A model generated the notes under the pieces. The model saw only the letters and a program-made list of their open reading frames with translations, was not told the DNA's origin and made no database searches. Shown one piece after another: positions 1 to 12,850 of a stretch of DNA of 64,000 nucleotides. The stretch covers positions 365,246,067 through 365,310,066 of the forward strand of contig NC_133617.1 of the NCBI RefSeq assembly GCF_048593235.1, read 5' to 3'. Both the position numbers and the translations under genes were made by a program. Within the stretch, counting starts at the first letter, position 1; the number at the start of each line of letters is the position of its first letter. This stretch comes from Sminthopsis crassicaudata (taxonomy: Eukaryota).

Positions 1-375
1 ATAGATAATTAGTATTGTTAGGTAGATTCAAAAGTTATTGAATGACTGGATCCAAATTAGTCACTAGTGACTTTGCATTTAACCTGTATTCTTTACTACA
101 GAAATCTTTAGTCCTTTGTTATTTAACATGATGGCCAAAGGCACAATTTTTTTTCCAGATTTTTTTTTTATGTCCAGATGACTCAAAGTTAGGGAGGATA
201 GTTAAAAGATTTAAACAGGCTATAGTGTTGGCCCAAATATAATGGTTAAATGGGGATAAATATAAAATTGGATGCTTGGGCTCAAAAAAGTTACCTTCAA
301 GAATGAAAGATGAGTTAGGTATGGCTAGATAACTTTTCAAAAAGATTTTGGAAATTTAATGGACTAAACTAAAAT
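1..375 (+). mobile_element. L3/CR1 LINE ORF2 fragment (ancient)
   Basis: Degenerate match to CR1 RT-end text (gactcaaagttagggagg...ggataaatataaaattggatgcttggg...). Confidence 0.6.
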
Positions 376-539
376 TAATGTTATTCAGCAGAGGGAAATG
401 TTCATGTCTCCCTCTTCCCTAAAAATTTTCTATTTTACTTCATTTCCTTACCATCTTATATGTCTTGGAGAGATTCCATGAGTATGACATTTATAATTGG
501 TACATCTTCTTCCCTTCTTCTCCTACACATTTTGTAATA

Positions 540-1380
540 TGGCTTCCAACTTTATCATTCCACTGAAAATGTTCTTTCCAAAGTTATTCATAATCTAATT
601 GCCAAAACTAATGACCTTTTTTCTGTTTTTATCCTTTTTTACATCTCTTCAGTCTTTGATGCTGTTTGTCATCTTCTCCTCTCAGACATGCTGCTCTCTA
701 GATTTTGCCGACATTGCTCTCTCCTGATTCTTATCCGATCTGTTCAATCTATTTTCAGTCTCCTTTATTAGCATTTCATCTATGTCATCCCCATTAATCA
801 TCATTACCTTCCAAGGCTCTCTATGAACCTGCTTCTCCTTTTGCTCTATTCTATCACATGAAGATCTCATCAGTTTCCATGGGTTCAATTGATATCTGAT
901 GATTTTCAGATATATACATAAAAAGATAACTATAGATAGATAATGTATATGTACCTCATATTTCTCCAAATTGTCTATTAATTCTGAAATCAGCATTGTT
1001 ATAAGTTATCCAATGTCATCATCTCAGTGTTAGCCTGACTTCCTTATTTTGATTCAACCCTACATACCCAATTACTACATCTTATAGCTACCTTACAATG
1101 TCTCTCATATAAGACTTTCTCTCCACTTACATGGATATCCCAATAGAATGGGTCCTTAGCACCTCTCTTATGACTTTGTATTAGCTTTCCAATTGGTCTC
1201 CCTATATCAATCTTCACCCACACAAGTACATCCTCCACTCAATTGCCAAAGTGATTTTCCTAAGCCATGTTACTATCCACTTACTATAGTTATTCCTTCT
1301 CTAAGTATAAATAAATATTTGACACTTAAGGATATTCACAATATGGAATTTTTTTCTTTATTTAATCTTCTATACTTTAT

Positions 1381-1422
<42 letters not shown>

Positions 1423-1587
1423 TACTTCATCTCTGTGTCTTTGCATTGCCTGTCCCCTAGGTCTAGAATGCTCTCTCTTCATCTTCACCTCTCAGTTTCC
1501 CTGGCTTTTTTTAGTCTTCACCACAAACTTTCTCTGGACTCTTTCCCAATTTCAAGAGCCACTAATGCCTTTCCTTTTTGTGATTTT
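540..1587 (+). mobile_element. L2 LINE RT-region to 3' fragment
   Basis: Decayed L2 RT motifs (cattccactgaaaatg...ccaaagtt = HSTE.ALxKV; tttgatgctg = FD; ccaaggctct = PQGS; gatgattttcagat = DDxQI); interrupted by poly(T) and MAR1. Confidence 0.75.
1383..1419. repeat. poly(T) 37 nt
   Basis: Direct read; explains poly-F ORF 1193-1672. Confidence 0.95.
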
Positions 1588-1823
1588 TTTGTTGTTCATC
1601 ATTTTTCAGTTATGTCCAACTCTTCATGATTACTTTTGGAGTTTTCTTGGCAAAGATACTGGAGCTGTTTGATATTTCCTTCTCCAATTAATTTTACAGA
1701 TGAGGAAACTAGTAACTTGCCCAGAGTCATATTGTTAGTGTTTAAGGCCAGGTCTGAGCTCACAAAGAGGAAAACTCCGGACCCCATGCTCAGTATTCTA
1801 TCCACTGTGCCAACTAGTTGCCT
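1588..1823 (-). mobile_element. MAR1-like CORE-SINE inserted in L2
   Basis: Reverse complement of tRNA head, CORE (ttttacagatgaggaaact) and RTE-type tail (ttttcttggcaaagatactggag...ttgttgttc). Confidence 0.85.
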
Positions 1824-2020
1824 ATGACTACCTTCTAACTAGTCTGTATATATCTTGTATGCACCTAATTATTTTCATGTCATCTCCTCCTTTGGAATGT
1901 GAATTCTTTAACCACAAAAGGATATTTTTGCCTCTTCTTTGGATCCCTATCACTTGGATAGGACCTGACACGTAGTAAGTATTCATTAAATGCTTACTGC
2001 TTTCTTGATTGATTGATTCT
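1824..2020 (+). mobile_element. L2 3' end
   Basis: Typical L2 terminus (cctgacacgtagtaagtattcattaaatgcttactg...ttgattgattga). Confidence 0.75.
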
Positions 2021-3344
2021 GTTAGAATAACAAAGATTGTTGCTTGGTCAAATTTTATTCCATAGCAACTCCTTTTAATTAAACACTGATAACATGGAGA
2101 GTATCAAGAAGGTTAAGGGACCACTGAACATACCAAATAATGAATGGTTGAAGACCTATGTGATTTAGGGAAGTAAAGATTTAATGGGATCAGGATAACT
2201 ATTTTATCATATTTGATAGCCCTTAGAGCTTCTAGTTTTGGGGATCTAGTCTTTCTTTGTAATTAGCTATCTGCTTTGGATATACTCCATCTACCTATCT
2301 TTTGACCAACACTCTGCCCCCCCTCTAGAACTCTCTGTTACTATATTCCCACACCCCATGTACCCTATTTGACACATACTATATCAGTAACATTAGAGGA
2401 GGGAAATTAATCAAATATACCTGAGTGATACCCATCCTTCTTTGTAAATTCTATTGTCCTTGTTCACAACTTAAGTTTTTCTGTTGTGTGAGACAATCTC
2501 TGAGCATTTAAACTTTACTGGGGAGAATGAAGAAATCCTATAAAACTCTAGTAGGACTACTTCTCAATGGATCATTGATTTTTTTCTTCCCCCTATATCC
2601 TGAAAATTATCTAAATGGAGGTGTTGATGTTCCCTATCCTGTCCCTTCTAAGACCCAGTTGTATATTTATCTTTCATAAAGTTATCTGGCCTCATTCTCT
2701 CCTAATGCTTACCTTGGTCTTGAAGCTTATACCTTCTCTGGTGTGAAAGGAACACATTTTTTCATGATTTCCAATTTCTATAGAAATGTGAGGACCAGGG
2801 GAGAGAAACAGGATATTGTCTACTTTCTGGGCCACTTTTTCTCCCACGATTCAACTCTATCCAGAATGTGTCTACCACGACCTTGAAGGTGCTTGTGAAA
2901 AGTCCTCTGTGGCCATCCCAAACTGTTGAGAAGCAGAATAATGGTTCAAAGATGAAAGAGATATACAAATTAGCATATTTTAGGATCCAGCTGACTTCTC
3001 ACTGCACTTTCAAAAACAAGCCTTCCCTGTAGGGAAGGAAGAGAGGTGAGTGGTGAGTGAATTCTGAGAAGCATCAGTCTAGTAGGGAGCAGGAAGCTTC
3101 CAAATAAGCATGTGCAATTCGTGTAGCAAGGCCTCCATAACAACACAATGCTATCAGTTTTATTCTCACTCACAGACTCCCCCTGGTGCTTGGATCAAGA
3201 TAAGTGGAATAAAAGCCTATTGCTGGTGGATTCCTTTGCTAATCCATTTTTCTTAATGTCTTATCTTCTTTGGCAGAAATCCAGTTCCCTCTTCTCCCCC
3301 TCCCCATCAGATAGCTTCAATGGAAAGGAAATTGGCCTTGTTCT

Positions 3345-3423
3345 TCTTAATCCCAGATTGCAAGATTTTAGTAACGAAAGGAAATTACAAAGAAATAGAA
3401 TAAGGTTCAATGTAAGGAAATAT

Positions 3424-3484
<61 letters not shown>

Positions 3485-3570
3485 ATGCTACACCAAAATG
3501 GAATGTTTTTCCTCAGTTGGCAGTGGCTTCTCCCTTATTAGAAATTTTCAAGACAAGACAGATTATTATA
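3345..3570 (+). mobile_element. L3/CR1 3' fragment containing an (AAT)n expansion
   Basis: aggttcaatgtaaggaaa...aaaatggaatg...ttctcccttattagaaattttcaag flanks the microsatellite. Confidence 0.55.
3426..3482. repeat. (AAT)19 microsatellite
   Basis: Direct read; explains poly-I ORF 3148-3681. Confidence 0.95.
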
Positions 3571-3594
3571 AAGAAAATTACTTTTTTTCCCCTG

Positions 3595-3595
3595 A

Positions 3596-3626
<31 letters not shown>

Positions 3627-3674
3627 GTATATATATATATACATATACATATATATATATATATGTATGTATAT
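3595..3674. repeat. compound (AT)n microsatellite
   Basis: Direct read. Confidence 0.95.
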
Positions 3675-3790
3675 CAAATGATTTCTAAGATCTTTCCAAC
3701 TTTGAAATGTTGGGATTCTGCTATTTTATGTACACATTGCATGTCTGTGACACTTATGCCCTGGCTAATTTGTCACAGATAGGTACTTAT

Positions 3791-3856
3791 AAAACCTAAA
3801 GGTATTTAAACCTAAAACCTAAAAGTATTTAACCTAAAACCTAAAAGTATTTAAAA
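3791..3856. repeat. ~22-bp tandem repeat x3 (aaaacctaaaagtatttaacct)
   Basis: Three near-identical adjacent units. Confidence 0.85.
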
Positions 3857-4804
3857 ATATTTAATCATCAAAGCAAAGATCCATGAAAAATCCTGACTTT
3901 GAATTCTGTGGAAATGACATTCTGTTTTACTAAGGACTCTTACTATGCTTACATTTGCAAAACTTCAATTTAAAAATTTTAGATATACAGGTGAGGGGAA
4001 TATTTAAAAACTTGAATTCCTGAAAGAACCTCTCCACTGTGCAAAAATCTATGGCCCTTGTTCACTTAGCTGCCACAATTCTTTTCCATGAGATAGAAGA
4101 TAAAAGATAGATAGAAGATATCGTGGGAAGTCAATAATAAACAAAGACTGCTTTTGTGGAAATCCTTGATATTCCAGGTTCATGAACAATTTGGCTCATG
4201 CAAAGTTGACTCATTAAGTTTCCTGATCAGCTGCTTGCACCTGTCTCTGAAGCTACATGTTTACATCTAGCAGACTATGACTGGTCTTCTAAGAGAACTA
4301 TCTGATATAAATGTCCCACTCCAATTTACAATGTGATAATACTTTGTCCTTAAAAGCTATACCAGCTAGAAAACTTAGAGGGTCAATGGTATCACATATT
4401 AGGGAAAAAAGTTTAGATTGGATACGTTAGAAAATCCTGCAACATTCCACCTCTATATTTGCACTATAGGTGCCCATGGTAGTAATCTTTGACATCATCC
4501 TGATCCTACTCAGAAGAAAGAATCCAAAGCTGTGTTATCACACTCACCTTGGCAGTAATAACCATGTACTTTTCTGCTCAGAAAGACTGAGGAACTACAA
4601 AGTTTGCTATTGTTCACAGAGAATGGACAAGCTGATATTCTTCAGATTCATTTTCTCTCCATAGTGCCAGCAGATACAAACTGATCCAAATGGAAATTAG
4701 CTTCTGGGCCTTAGTTCATGAGTAAAAAAACACTTCTCCCTTAATATCAACATATTTAGGTAAGCAGGTCTTAGCAAAATGGAGTTATTTCTCCATAGAA
4801 ATGG

Positions 4805-5045
4805 CAGCCAGCTTATATAGTAAATAGATTTCTAGAACTGGAATCAGGAAGAACTTTAAAACTTTCCTCAGAATCTTGGTACTTCTTGGTACTTCTATGA
4901 CCCTAAACAGCCTCTATTTGCTTCAGTTTCCTCATCTGTAAAATAGAGATAATAACAGCAATTATCTGCCAGAGTTTGTGTGTGTGTGTATGTAAGATGA
5001 GATATTTGTAAAATCCTTCACAAGTCTTAAAATGCTATATAAATT
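4805..5045 (+). mobile_element. MIR SINE
   Basis: CORE cttcagtttcctcatctgtaaaatag and MIR tail ...aaatgctatataaatt. Confidence 0.8.
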
Positions 5046-5144
5046 AATATTAGTTAATATTGATTTCATTAATTAATATTATTGAGTTAATATTAGAGGT
5101 ATAAGTATGCTTAACCTCTTGTATTTTATCATTGGCATAGAATC

Positions 5145-6400
5145 AGATAAAATTGGTGGGTATGTCCAATTGTAGCTGATCAGGTCAATATGAGCTCAGA
5201 ATGCTCTGTCACAAGTAGAACACAAATAGTCCCTGTGAACATTTGGAGTAGCTTCTCTAACTTTGTGCATCTCATGTTTCTTCTAAACTAATTTAGTTCT
5301 GATTTTCTCATAGAGCACAGCACCTTCTGATGAGATGGTCTTTGTGCTAGTGTCTCCCATGTCATGCAATCAATTCTAAATTCTTAAGAGAGCCCTTGAG
5401 AATATTCTTATATTGCTTTTTTCTGAACAACTTACGAGCACTTGCCTTGTGTGAGTTCTCCATAAAATAATCTTTCTGATAAGTGTACAATTGACACTCA
5501 AGCAATGGGGCCAGCCCAATGGAGTTGTGCTCTCTGCAGTAGAATTTGAGTGGTTGGCAGTTTAGTTCGAGAAAGGACCTCAGTGTCTGGTATCTAATCT
5601 TGCCAAATGATCTTCATAATTTTCTTAAAGCAATTCAAATGGAAATGATTCAGTTTGCTGGCATAGTTGTAGACTATACAGGTTTCACAAGAATACAACA
5701 ATGAGGTCAGCACAATGGCTCTGTAGATCTGCAGTTTAGTACTCAGTCTCCTCTCCCACACTTTTCTTCAGAGTTTCCCAGACACTGAACTAGCTCTGGC
5801 AATGCATGTATCATTCTCAATGTGGACATCCCTGGAAAGTATATTATACCAAGATAAATTAACCTTTTTATTTATTTATTTATTTTTTTTTTTTTTTTGA
5901 TAAATTAACTTATCCACAGCATTCAGGATGTCACCATTTGCTGTAACTGACTGATGGTTCCACATATGAATGGTGTGATATTGGATGATGGAGCACCTGT
6001 GTTTTCTTGATGTTAATTGTTAGGTCAAAATTAGCACAAGCAGCAGAGAATTGATCCATACTTTAGTGCATTTCAGCTTCAGAGGCTGCATTGTGTGCAC
6101 AGTCATCTGCCAAAAAAAATGTACCAACATTCCCTCTATTTTGATTTTGGCTTGTAGGTTTTTCAGGATGAAGAATTTACAGTCAGTGTGGTAAGTTGAC
6201 TTTGATTCTATGTTTGTCCTCATTAAAGGTGTTTGATGACATGGCTGAAAACATCATGCTAAAAAGTATGGGAGCAAGCACACAGCCTTATTTCACTCCA
6301 TGGGTGACTGGGAAAGCTCTAGAGCATTATTCATTATCCAGAACCCAGGCAAGCATACCTTCATGAAATTGATGTACAATACTGATGAAGTTCTCTGGGC
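5145..6400 (-). mobile_element. RTE LINE, 5'-truncated, decayed
   Basis: ORF 6020-6223 (YHTDCKFFILKNLQAKIK) resembles RTE RT; homologous to + copy at about 10900-11830; C-terminal LFYGELTQGK near 5440-5480. Confidence 0.9.
5853..5909 (-). mobile_element. Tail-only (poly-A) insertion with 11-bp TSD inside RTE
   Basis: gataaattaac at 5853-5863 and 5899-5909 flanks a 35-nt T-rich run. Confidence 0.75.
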
Positions 6401-8054
6401 TAATAATAATAAAAATACTCATTATTATAAAAAAGGCAAAATAAAATATTTATTCTTCAGCTGTTGCCCCCACCATTGGTTCTCCCAGTATATTGTAGTC
6501 CTTAGCACATAAGATGCTTTGAACCAAAGAGTACTAGAAATGCAATTTAAGTTTATTGTTTTCCTCATTCCCACTTGTACACCCAACATTAAAGGAGTGG
6601 GAAAGGTTCAAAATGGTCTCCACTTGATGCTTGACTCAGATATCCAGCATAACCCATTATCAGAAAAAAATCAGAAACTCTAACTCTTGACCCAGAAGTC
6701 ATTCAGGAGATAGGATTTGGAGATCCAATAAAATCAGAATTTTAACTCTTTTTTTAGAAAATGGACTCAGAAAGACAGAAACTATCACAGGGAGCACTTT
6801 TTAGGGTCCTACTTTACCTCCCACATCTTCTCATCCTAGCTAGTTTATTTCCCATAGAAGAGAGTGAGTGGACACAGTGGCCAGTCATGTAAAGCAGAAG
6901 TTTGACAACATCATGTCATCATAGTACTATCCTGACCTTCACCATCCCTATTTCTGATACTAGAGAAAATCAGTAGCTCTGACAACCTTCCTTTCTGGCT
7001 TCCCTTTCCTGCAGGCCAGCTGTTTGAAAGCAGGAGTAAAGGTCTTGTGAAGTGATTAAGGCCAAGAAAAGCCTTAACCTAAGGAAAGGTAGTGTAGTCC
7101 AATGAGTAATGAGAGTTCACACCAGAGACTGATCAAGTTGAAGCAAAACTTATCAGAAATAGTAAATCTAACAATGTAGGAGAGAACTGGTAACTTTAAT
7201 GATGTAGAGCTCTGGGAGTTAGCTGGGAAACCAGCACATTAAGAGAATATACTATAAAACCAAGCAATGAAATGGCAGTTTTTCTTATACAACTTCTTTT
7301 CCCAAGGCAGTATTTGAAAAAATAATAACAATAATAATAATAATATACCCCATCACCAGTGTACTCACTATTCCCCATTTCCAATATATCAATACTATTA
7401 TGTTTCTAACATGCACAACAAGCATTAAAAGGAATTTTCTGGTTATTGTGGATTGGAAGGGAGACACTAGATGTAAGGAATTCAAAGTAATAAGCCTATT
7501 GAATTAGTCCAGTTGAAAATTAATATGAACTGTAGCAAGGCTGGTGGTAACCAGAATGCAAAGGAAGTTATCACTATGAAAAACAAGATAAAGGAAGAAT
7601 CAAGAAGTTAGCTAAAGATTAACTATCAATGGGAATAAGAAGATGCAAGTTAAGAAGAAAACTTACATGTGATTCCAATGTTAAGCCTATTCACTAGGAA
7701 AATGCTTTATGGGATCAGAAATATATAGTTGGAAAGGGATCCTGCAGACCAGGAAAGGAAGAAAGATGGTTTTATAATCAAAATGAACAACTTAAAAACT
7801 ATCTGTATAAACACATAATAATAACTAATTCTAGTCCACCTACAAGAAGGCTTCCAATGCGTGAAGTAGATCTTATAGGTTAACCTAGGTCTCCAATACA
7901 TGAGATGGATCCATTTTGAAGGGAATATGTGAAGCAAAAGAGGATAATGTGCGAATAGGTTGCTTTCTGAACGCTTATGGGCAAATGGTTCATCCTCCAA
8001 ATCACAAATTCACTAATGTAGTGAAATAATATGGAAGATGAATGACAAAATCAA

Positions 8055-8280
8055 TGTTACAGAGAGATAAATTTAAACTCAATGTAAGGAATAATTATCT
8101 AACAGTTAGAGGTCACCAAAAAGAAAATGGCCTAAGTCAGATATGGTGGATTCCTCTTAGCCAGAGGTCTTTAGGTAAAGACTTCCAAATCACATTGTCC
8201 ATTATGTTATTAAAAATGTTGTTCAGATGTGTGTGTGTGTGTATGACTTCCTCACCTCTCAAATTCCATGAATTTAGGGC
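8055..8280 (+). mobile_element. L3/CR1 3' fragment
   Basis: aaatttaaactcaatgtaaggaataattatctaacagttagagg... Confidence 0.6.
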
Positions 8281-8344
8281 TATAATAACATTTGATTTGA
8301 ATCAGATCAATCAGTCAACAGTAGTTTATTAAGAAACCAGAGTG

Positions 8345-8835
8345 TGCATGGGAGGATTTGTACTTCAGGTGTGAGAGCTTGCTGAGCCCTTTTCAAGGTG
8401 CTCATCTATCTTTGTTATCCACCTGTCACTCAACTCTCACTTTTGACTCCAAGAAGCTGTAGCCTGTAGCCCCAGTACAACTTTCCCAACAGACAAGTTA
8501 AACCAGCTTGAGGGCAACTAGAAGACCTCAAAACCATTGATGAGTTAGAGGATGTTTCTCCAAAGCATATGAAGACTTTCCTCAGTGGAATGGAGTATGT
8601 GAAAAATTTGTTCCAATAGTCATGAAGGAAACTGAAGCAGGCACTGTGGAAGGCAGACTTTGTTCAGACATTAAAGACACCAAGGTCATGCACTACATTC
8701 TGAACCATCTCCAGTCATCCTGATTTTTGTGTTATTACTGGACTTCAATGATTTTGGAAGGGAGTGAGGCTGATGACTTTGTGCAATTCTGCCTCCCATA
8801 AGTCCAACTTATGTATGAATCAAGACATCACCATA
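8345..8835 (+). mobile_element. RTE-associated SINE-like repeat (WALLSI/RTE-SINE type) or RTE 5' region
   Basis: Shares ccatctccagtcatcctgat...gtgaggctgatgactttgtgca...agacatcacc with copies at 28030 and 30110. Confidence 0.6.
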
Positions 8836-9223
8836 CTATTTTTGTTATTTTACTATGTTTTTACTATTCTATTATCTTTCTATATTATAATTTTTACTAT
8901 TTTAGGTATCTTGAAGTATTATAGCAACTAGTGAGTGATAAAGCAGGATATGCTTATACACTGTAACTCTAGTAACAACTGTACTCACAGGGATCCTAAG
9001 GTTTAAAGTTGTTTTCTCCCTGGACGACTAAAGGATGCTGTGGGACTCAAGGAAGCATCAGTAGAATTCAGTAGTCCCCTGAGAAGATTTTCTTTAAAAA
9101 AAACTTCACTACTCATCTCCTGTTGTGAGGAAAGGGCTAAGATATCTTGCTTACCAGACCAGGCAGGGATTATAGCCTGTGGTCAAAATACCAAAAAAAA
9201 AGTAAAAAAAAATTTTTTGAAAG

Positions 9224-11850
9224 ATGATTCCTCTTTGCATTGGTATATGGAATGTGCACTTTTATGGACGATATGAAATAAAGTAGACCTGAAAGATCTA
9301 GTCTTGTGAAAGAACCCAGCAAGTATCACATCTGAATAGCAACTCTGAGTCAAAGTTAGTAAATAAAGAAAACTTATCAAAATCAAAGCCATATGCACAT
9401 TTTATGGAATAGCTACTGTTATTAGGAATACCATGAAGACGATTATGTTTGTCAATCAAATTCAATATAGTTAACAAGTTTGTATGCTTCCCCAAAAAGA
9501 GACTACTTGCAAAAAAAAGTCACACAATCATCATCGATTCCCACCATGATGAACTTTGCTTGATGAGTTCAAGGAAAAATTTTATGAAAACTTGAAGATA
9601 TGTATCATTAACGTGCCAAAATACAGAAAGTTTATAAGTCTAGGTGACTTTAATGCAAGAGTAGGAACAGACTAATAGACATGGCTGAGAGTCCTTGGGA
9701 AGAATACTGGAAAGAGTAATAGCAATGGTCACTTAGTACTGAAGACTTGTGTGTCTCATTACCTCCTCATCACAAACACTGTTGTCCATTTATCTAAATG
9801 CGACAAAATGTCATGGGTGCACCCTTGAAGCAAGATGTGGAATTTAATACACTGCATGGCTATATCACTGTAAGGAGAAGAGACAAATAGGATATGAGTG
9901 ATGAAGGTGCATCAACAGATTAGAATAACTCTCCAAGTGTGAATAGTTTATGGTTGATCTGGAGGGAAAGCTGAGTCAAAATATGGTAAAAAACAATGGA
10001 TCTGGAAAGAGTAGACAATTTTCAGAGATTTGATATAGTACACCTCATTTGCATATTTTGGCCAGAACATACATAAACATCAGTATTGATCTCATGAAAA
10101 TTATGAGGAAATTCAGAAACTACTAAATGAAAAATGAGAATTTCACAGGGTTCATCAGCAGAACAGTTCATGCATTTTTAAGAAAGCAATATTTAACTCC
10201 ATCAAAAGTAAAATTTGAGTGAAAATTAGAGAGCTGTAATATTATTGGTTCATTAAGAAAGCAGAAGAGATTCAGCTTTAATCCAAAAGCAATAATCAAA
10301 ATTACTTCTACATTGTTCTGAAAATTATTTATGGCCCCCAAACTTTTGGCACATCTTAACTACTAGTCCTATTGGAGCCATACTGATTGGTTATAAGAAG
10401 AATAGATCATCATCAACCAATGCTAAAATAATTGACTAAATTGAAGTTAACACCACCCTACCTAACTTCCAACTGAAGAAAATGTATTAAATGCCATTAG
10501 ACTCTTCTTCTGTGGGAAAGTGGATAGTGTTGATTCCATTCCAGAAGAGATCTACAAATCAGTTGGTGCACTATTTATGCAAAAGATTTCTGAAATCTTA
10601 CAGGCTATATGGCAAGAGAAATTTATCCGCTGGGAGATCAAAGATGCTTCTATGGTTCATTTCTATAAAGGAAAATGAAACAGGGTGTCCTGTGACAATC
10701 TCAGAGATATATCTTTCTTAGTCATTGCTGCCAAGATTCTTGCCAAAGTCCTCTTTCATCTCGAAAATGGTCATCTACATGAGAGCAATTGTGGTTGAAT
10801 AAAGGGCTGAGGAATAGCAAATACAGTGTTTGCTCTGAGAAATGCCAGAAACAGAAGAGTATAACACTTACATTAACCTGACCAAATTAATGAGGGCTTG
10901 TGGAAGATCATGGCAAAATTTGATTGCCTGAAGAAATTCAGCAGTATTGTATGCCAATTTCATGGCAGCATGTTTGCACAGGTTCTGGATAAAAGATATG
11001 TTTCCAGTCATAATGGAGAAAATCAGGATTGTGTGATTATTCCTAGGCTTTTTAAATGTTTTATTTGATGTCATTAGATGTCTTTGATGAGGACAAAAAT
11101 GGCATCAAGGTCAGCTGCCATATTGACCATAAACTATTTAATTTGAAAAGACTACAAGCCAAAACTAAAGAGGAGAGTTGGTACAAGATTAGAATTGTGC
11201 ATTCAACACAGCCTCTGAGGCTGAGATGCAACAATATGGATAGATTCCTTGCTGATCATGTTAATTTTTTTTCCCTGACAATTAACATAAAGAAAACACA
11301 GGTTCTCCAGCAGGCAGTACCACCACACCAGCCATATAACAAATAGTGAAATTTTGAATGTTATGGGTAAATTCACTTACCTTGACGGTATGCTTTCCAG
11401 AGAATTCCACATATATGATGAGGTTGATGCACACAATGTCAAAGGTAGCCTAGGATTTTGTAGACTCTGAAAAAAAAGTGTAGGAGAGAAGAGATAATAG
11501 GCTACTTATGAAACTGGGGGTCTACAGAGACCTTGTGTTTACTTCATTGTTGTATGCCTGTGGAATCTTGACAATTTACCACAACTATGTCAGAAAATTG
11601 AGTAGTTTGAATTTGATTTGTCTTAGAAAGATTCTGAAGATTACCTACAAAATAATGTACTGAATTACATAGGTAATAGCCCTCCCTCAAGCTGAAGTGC
11701 CAAGTTTTCAAATTCTATTAAAAAGTGAACAACTCCAACAGGCTGCCCTTGTTGTTGGAATGCCAAACAAATGTTTATCTAAATGACTATTTTATGGAAA
11801 CTTCACACAAGATAAGTACTCACACAGAGGCTAGAAGAAAGCTCTCTGAA
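9224..11850 (+). mobile_element. RTE LINE, near-complete ORF (APE + RT), pseudogenised
   Basis: Start MIPL..G.WNV at 9224; APE motif ggtgactttaatgcaagagtagga (GDFNARVG) about 9643; RT piece GIKVSCHIDHKLFNLKRLQAKTK (ORF 11056-11346); many stops and frameshifts. Confidence 0.92.
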
Positions 11851-12850
11851 CAAAGTAGAATCACAATAGCACAAAGATAAAAACATTAGATGTACAAATC
11901 TAGAGATATCTCCATCTCAAATGTTCAAACAAGCTATTTGTGCTCAACCTATGATAAAGCCTTTTTAGGTTTATATTGGCTTGATCAAACACAATTAAAC
12001 ACACATTGACCCCAAGATTGTGATGTTATTTTAGCCCTATTCAAATAGGAAAGATAGACAACCAACAATTAAGAAATCAATTGTCAAGCACAAATATAAA
12101 GAATGAAACAATTCCTACAAACCTAGGTGCAATTTGTTCTATAACTCTGAATGTCTGTTCTTCAAGATATGCTTATACCTCTTAAGCAAATCATGTGACT
12201 TAAGTTTTCAGTTTTCCGACGTATAAAATGTTCATGTTAGATTATATGACCTAGCTAAATAGTATAATACAAGGGCAATAAAGGAGAATTTGAAAGTGCA
12301 AGACAAAATTAGAGTTACTAGTGTAGCAAGATGCCTGAGGAGAAGGAAGGGATAAGTGCAGCCACATGGGTGGAACAGTTACACTTAGAGAAGAGGAAGG
12401 AGATTAATTTTATTCTAAGATAGAAAGGAAGAGAAAATTGATGAGGATACAGAGAAATGTTCAGGTAAAGGGGAAAGGGTGGCAACAGAGATGTCATGCT
12501 TGCCTTATTGAGTAGAGAAATGAGGAAATGCAGGGAAAATAGCAGAAATCAGGCTCTGAGAATCTTTCCAGTGACCTGCTCTGGTCTGCAAAAAAAGGAA
12601 AAGCAAGCTATTTTGTGGACTACCCACCTACAGGCCCCTCTGGGCCTTCCCTATTTCTATATACTTTTTTGCCATCATGTATACTTGTTTGGAATCAAAT
12701 TGCAAAGTTCAAGAAAAGATCAAACCCTTGCCAAACCCAGAAAATCAGTCATCATGGTTTAACATTTGCCTCTATGGTCCACAATCCAGCATTACTGATT
12801 TTAAAAGGGAGAGTAAAGATGGACTGGACAGTCTTGCATGTCTTTACCTC

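Noticed and set aside
1193-1672. 159-aa hydrophobic ORF
   Set aside because: L2 sequence plus poly(T); not a membrane protein gene.
3148-3782. 177-aa and 94-aa ORFs with poly-I and YI runs
   Set aside because: Produced by (AAT)n and (AT)n microsatellites in an L3 fragment.
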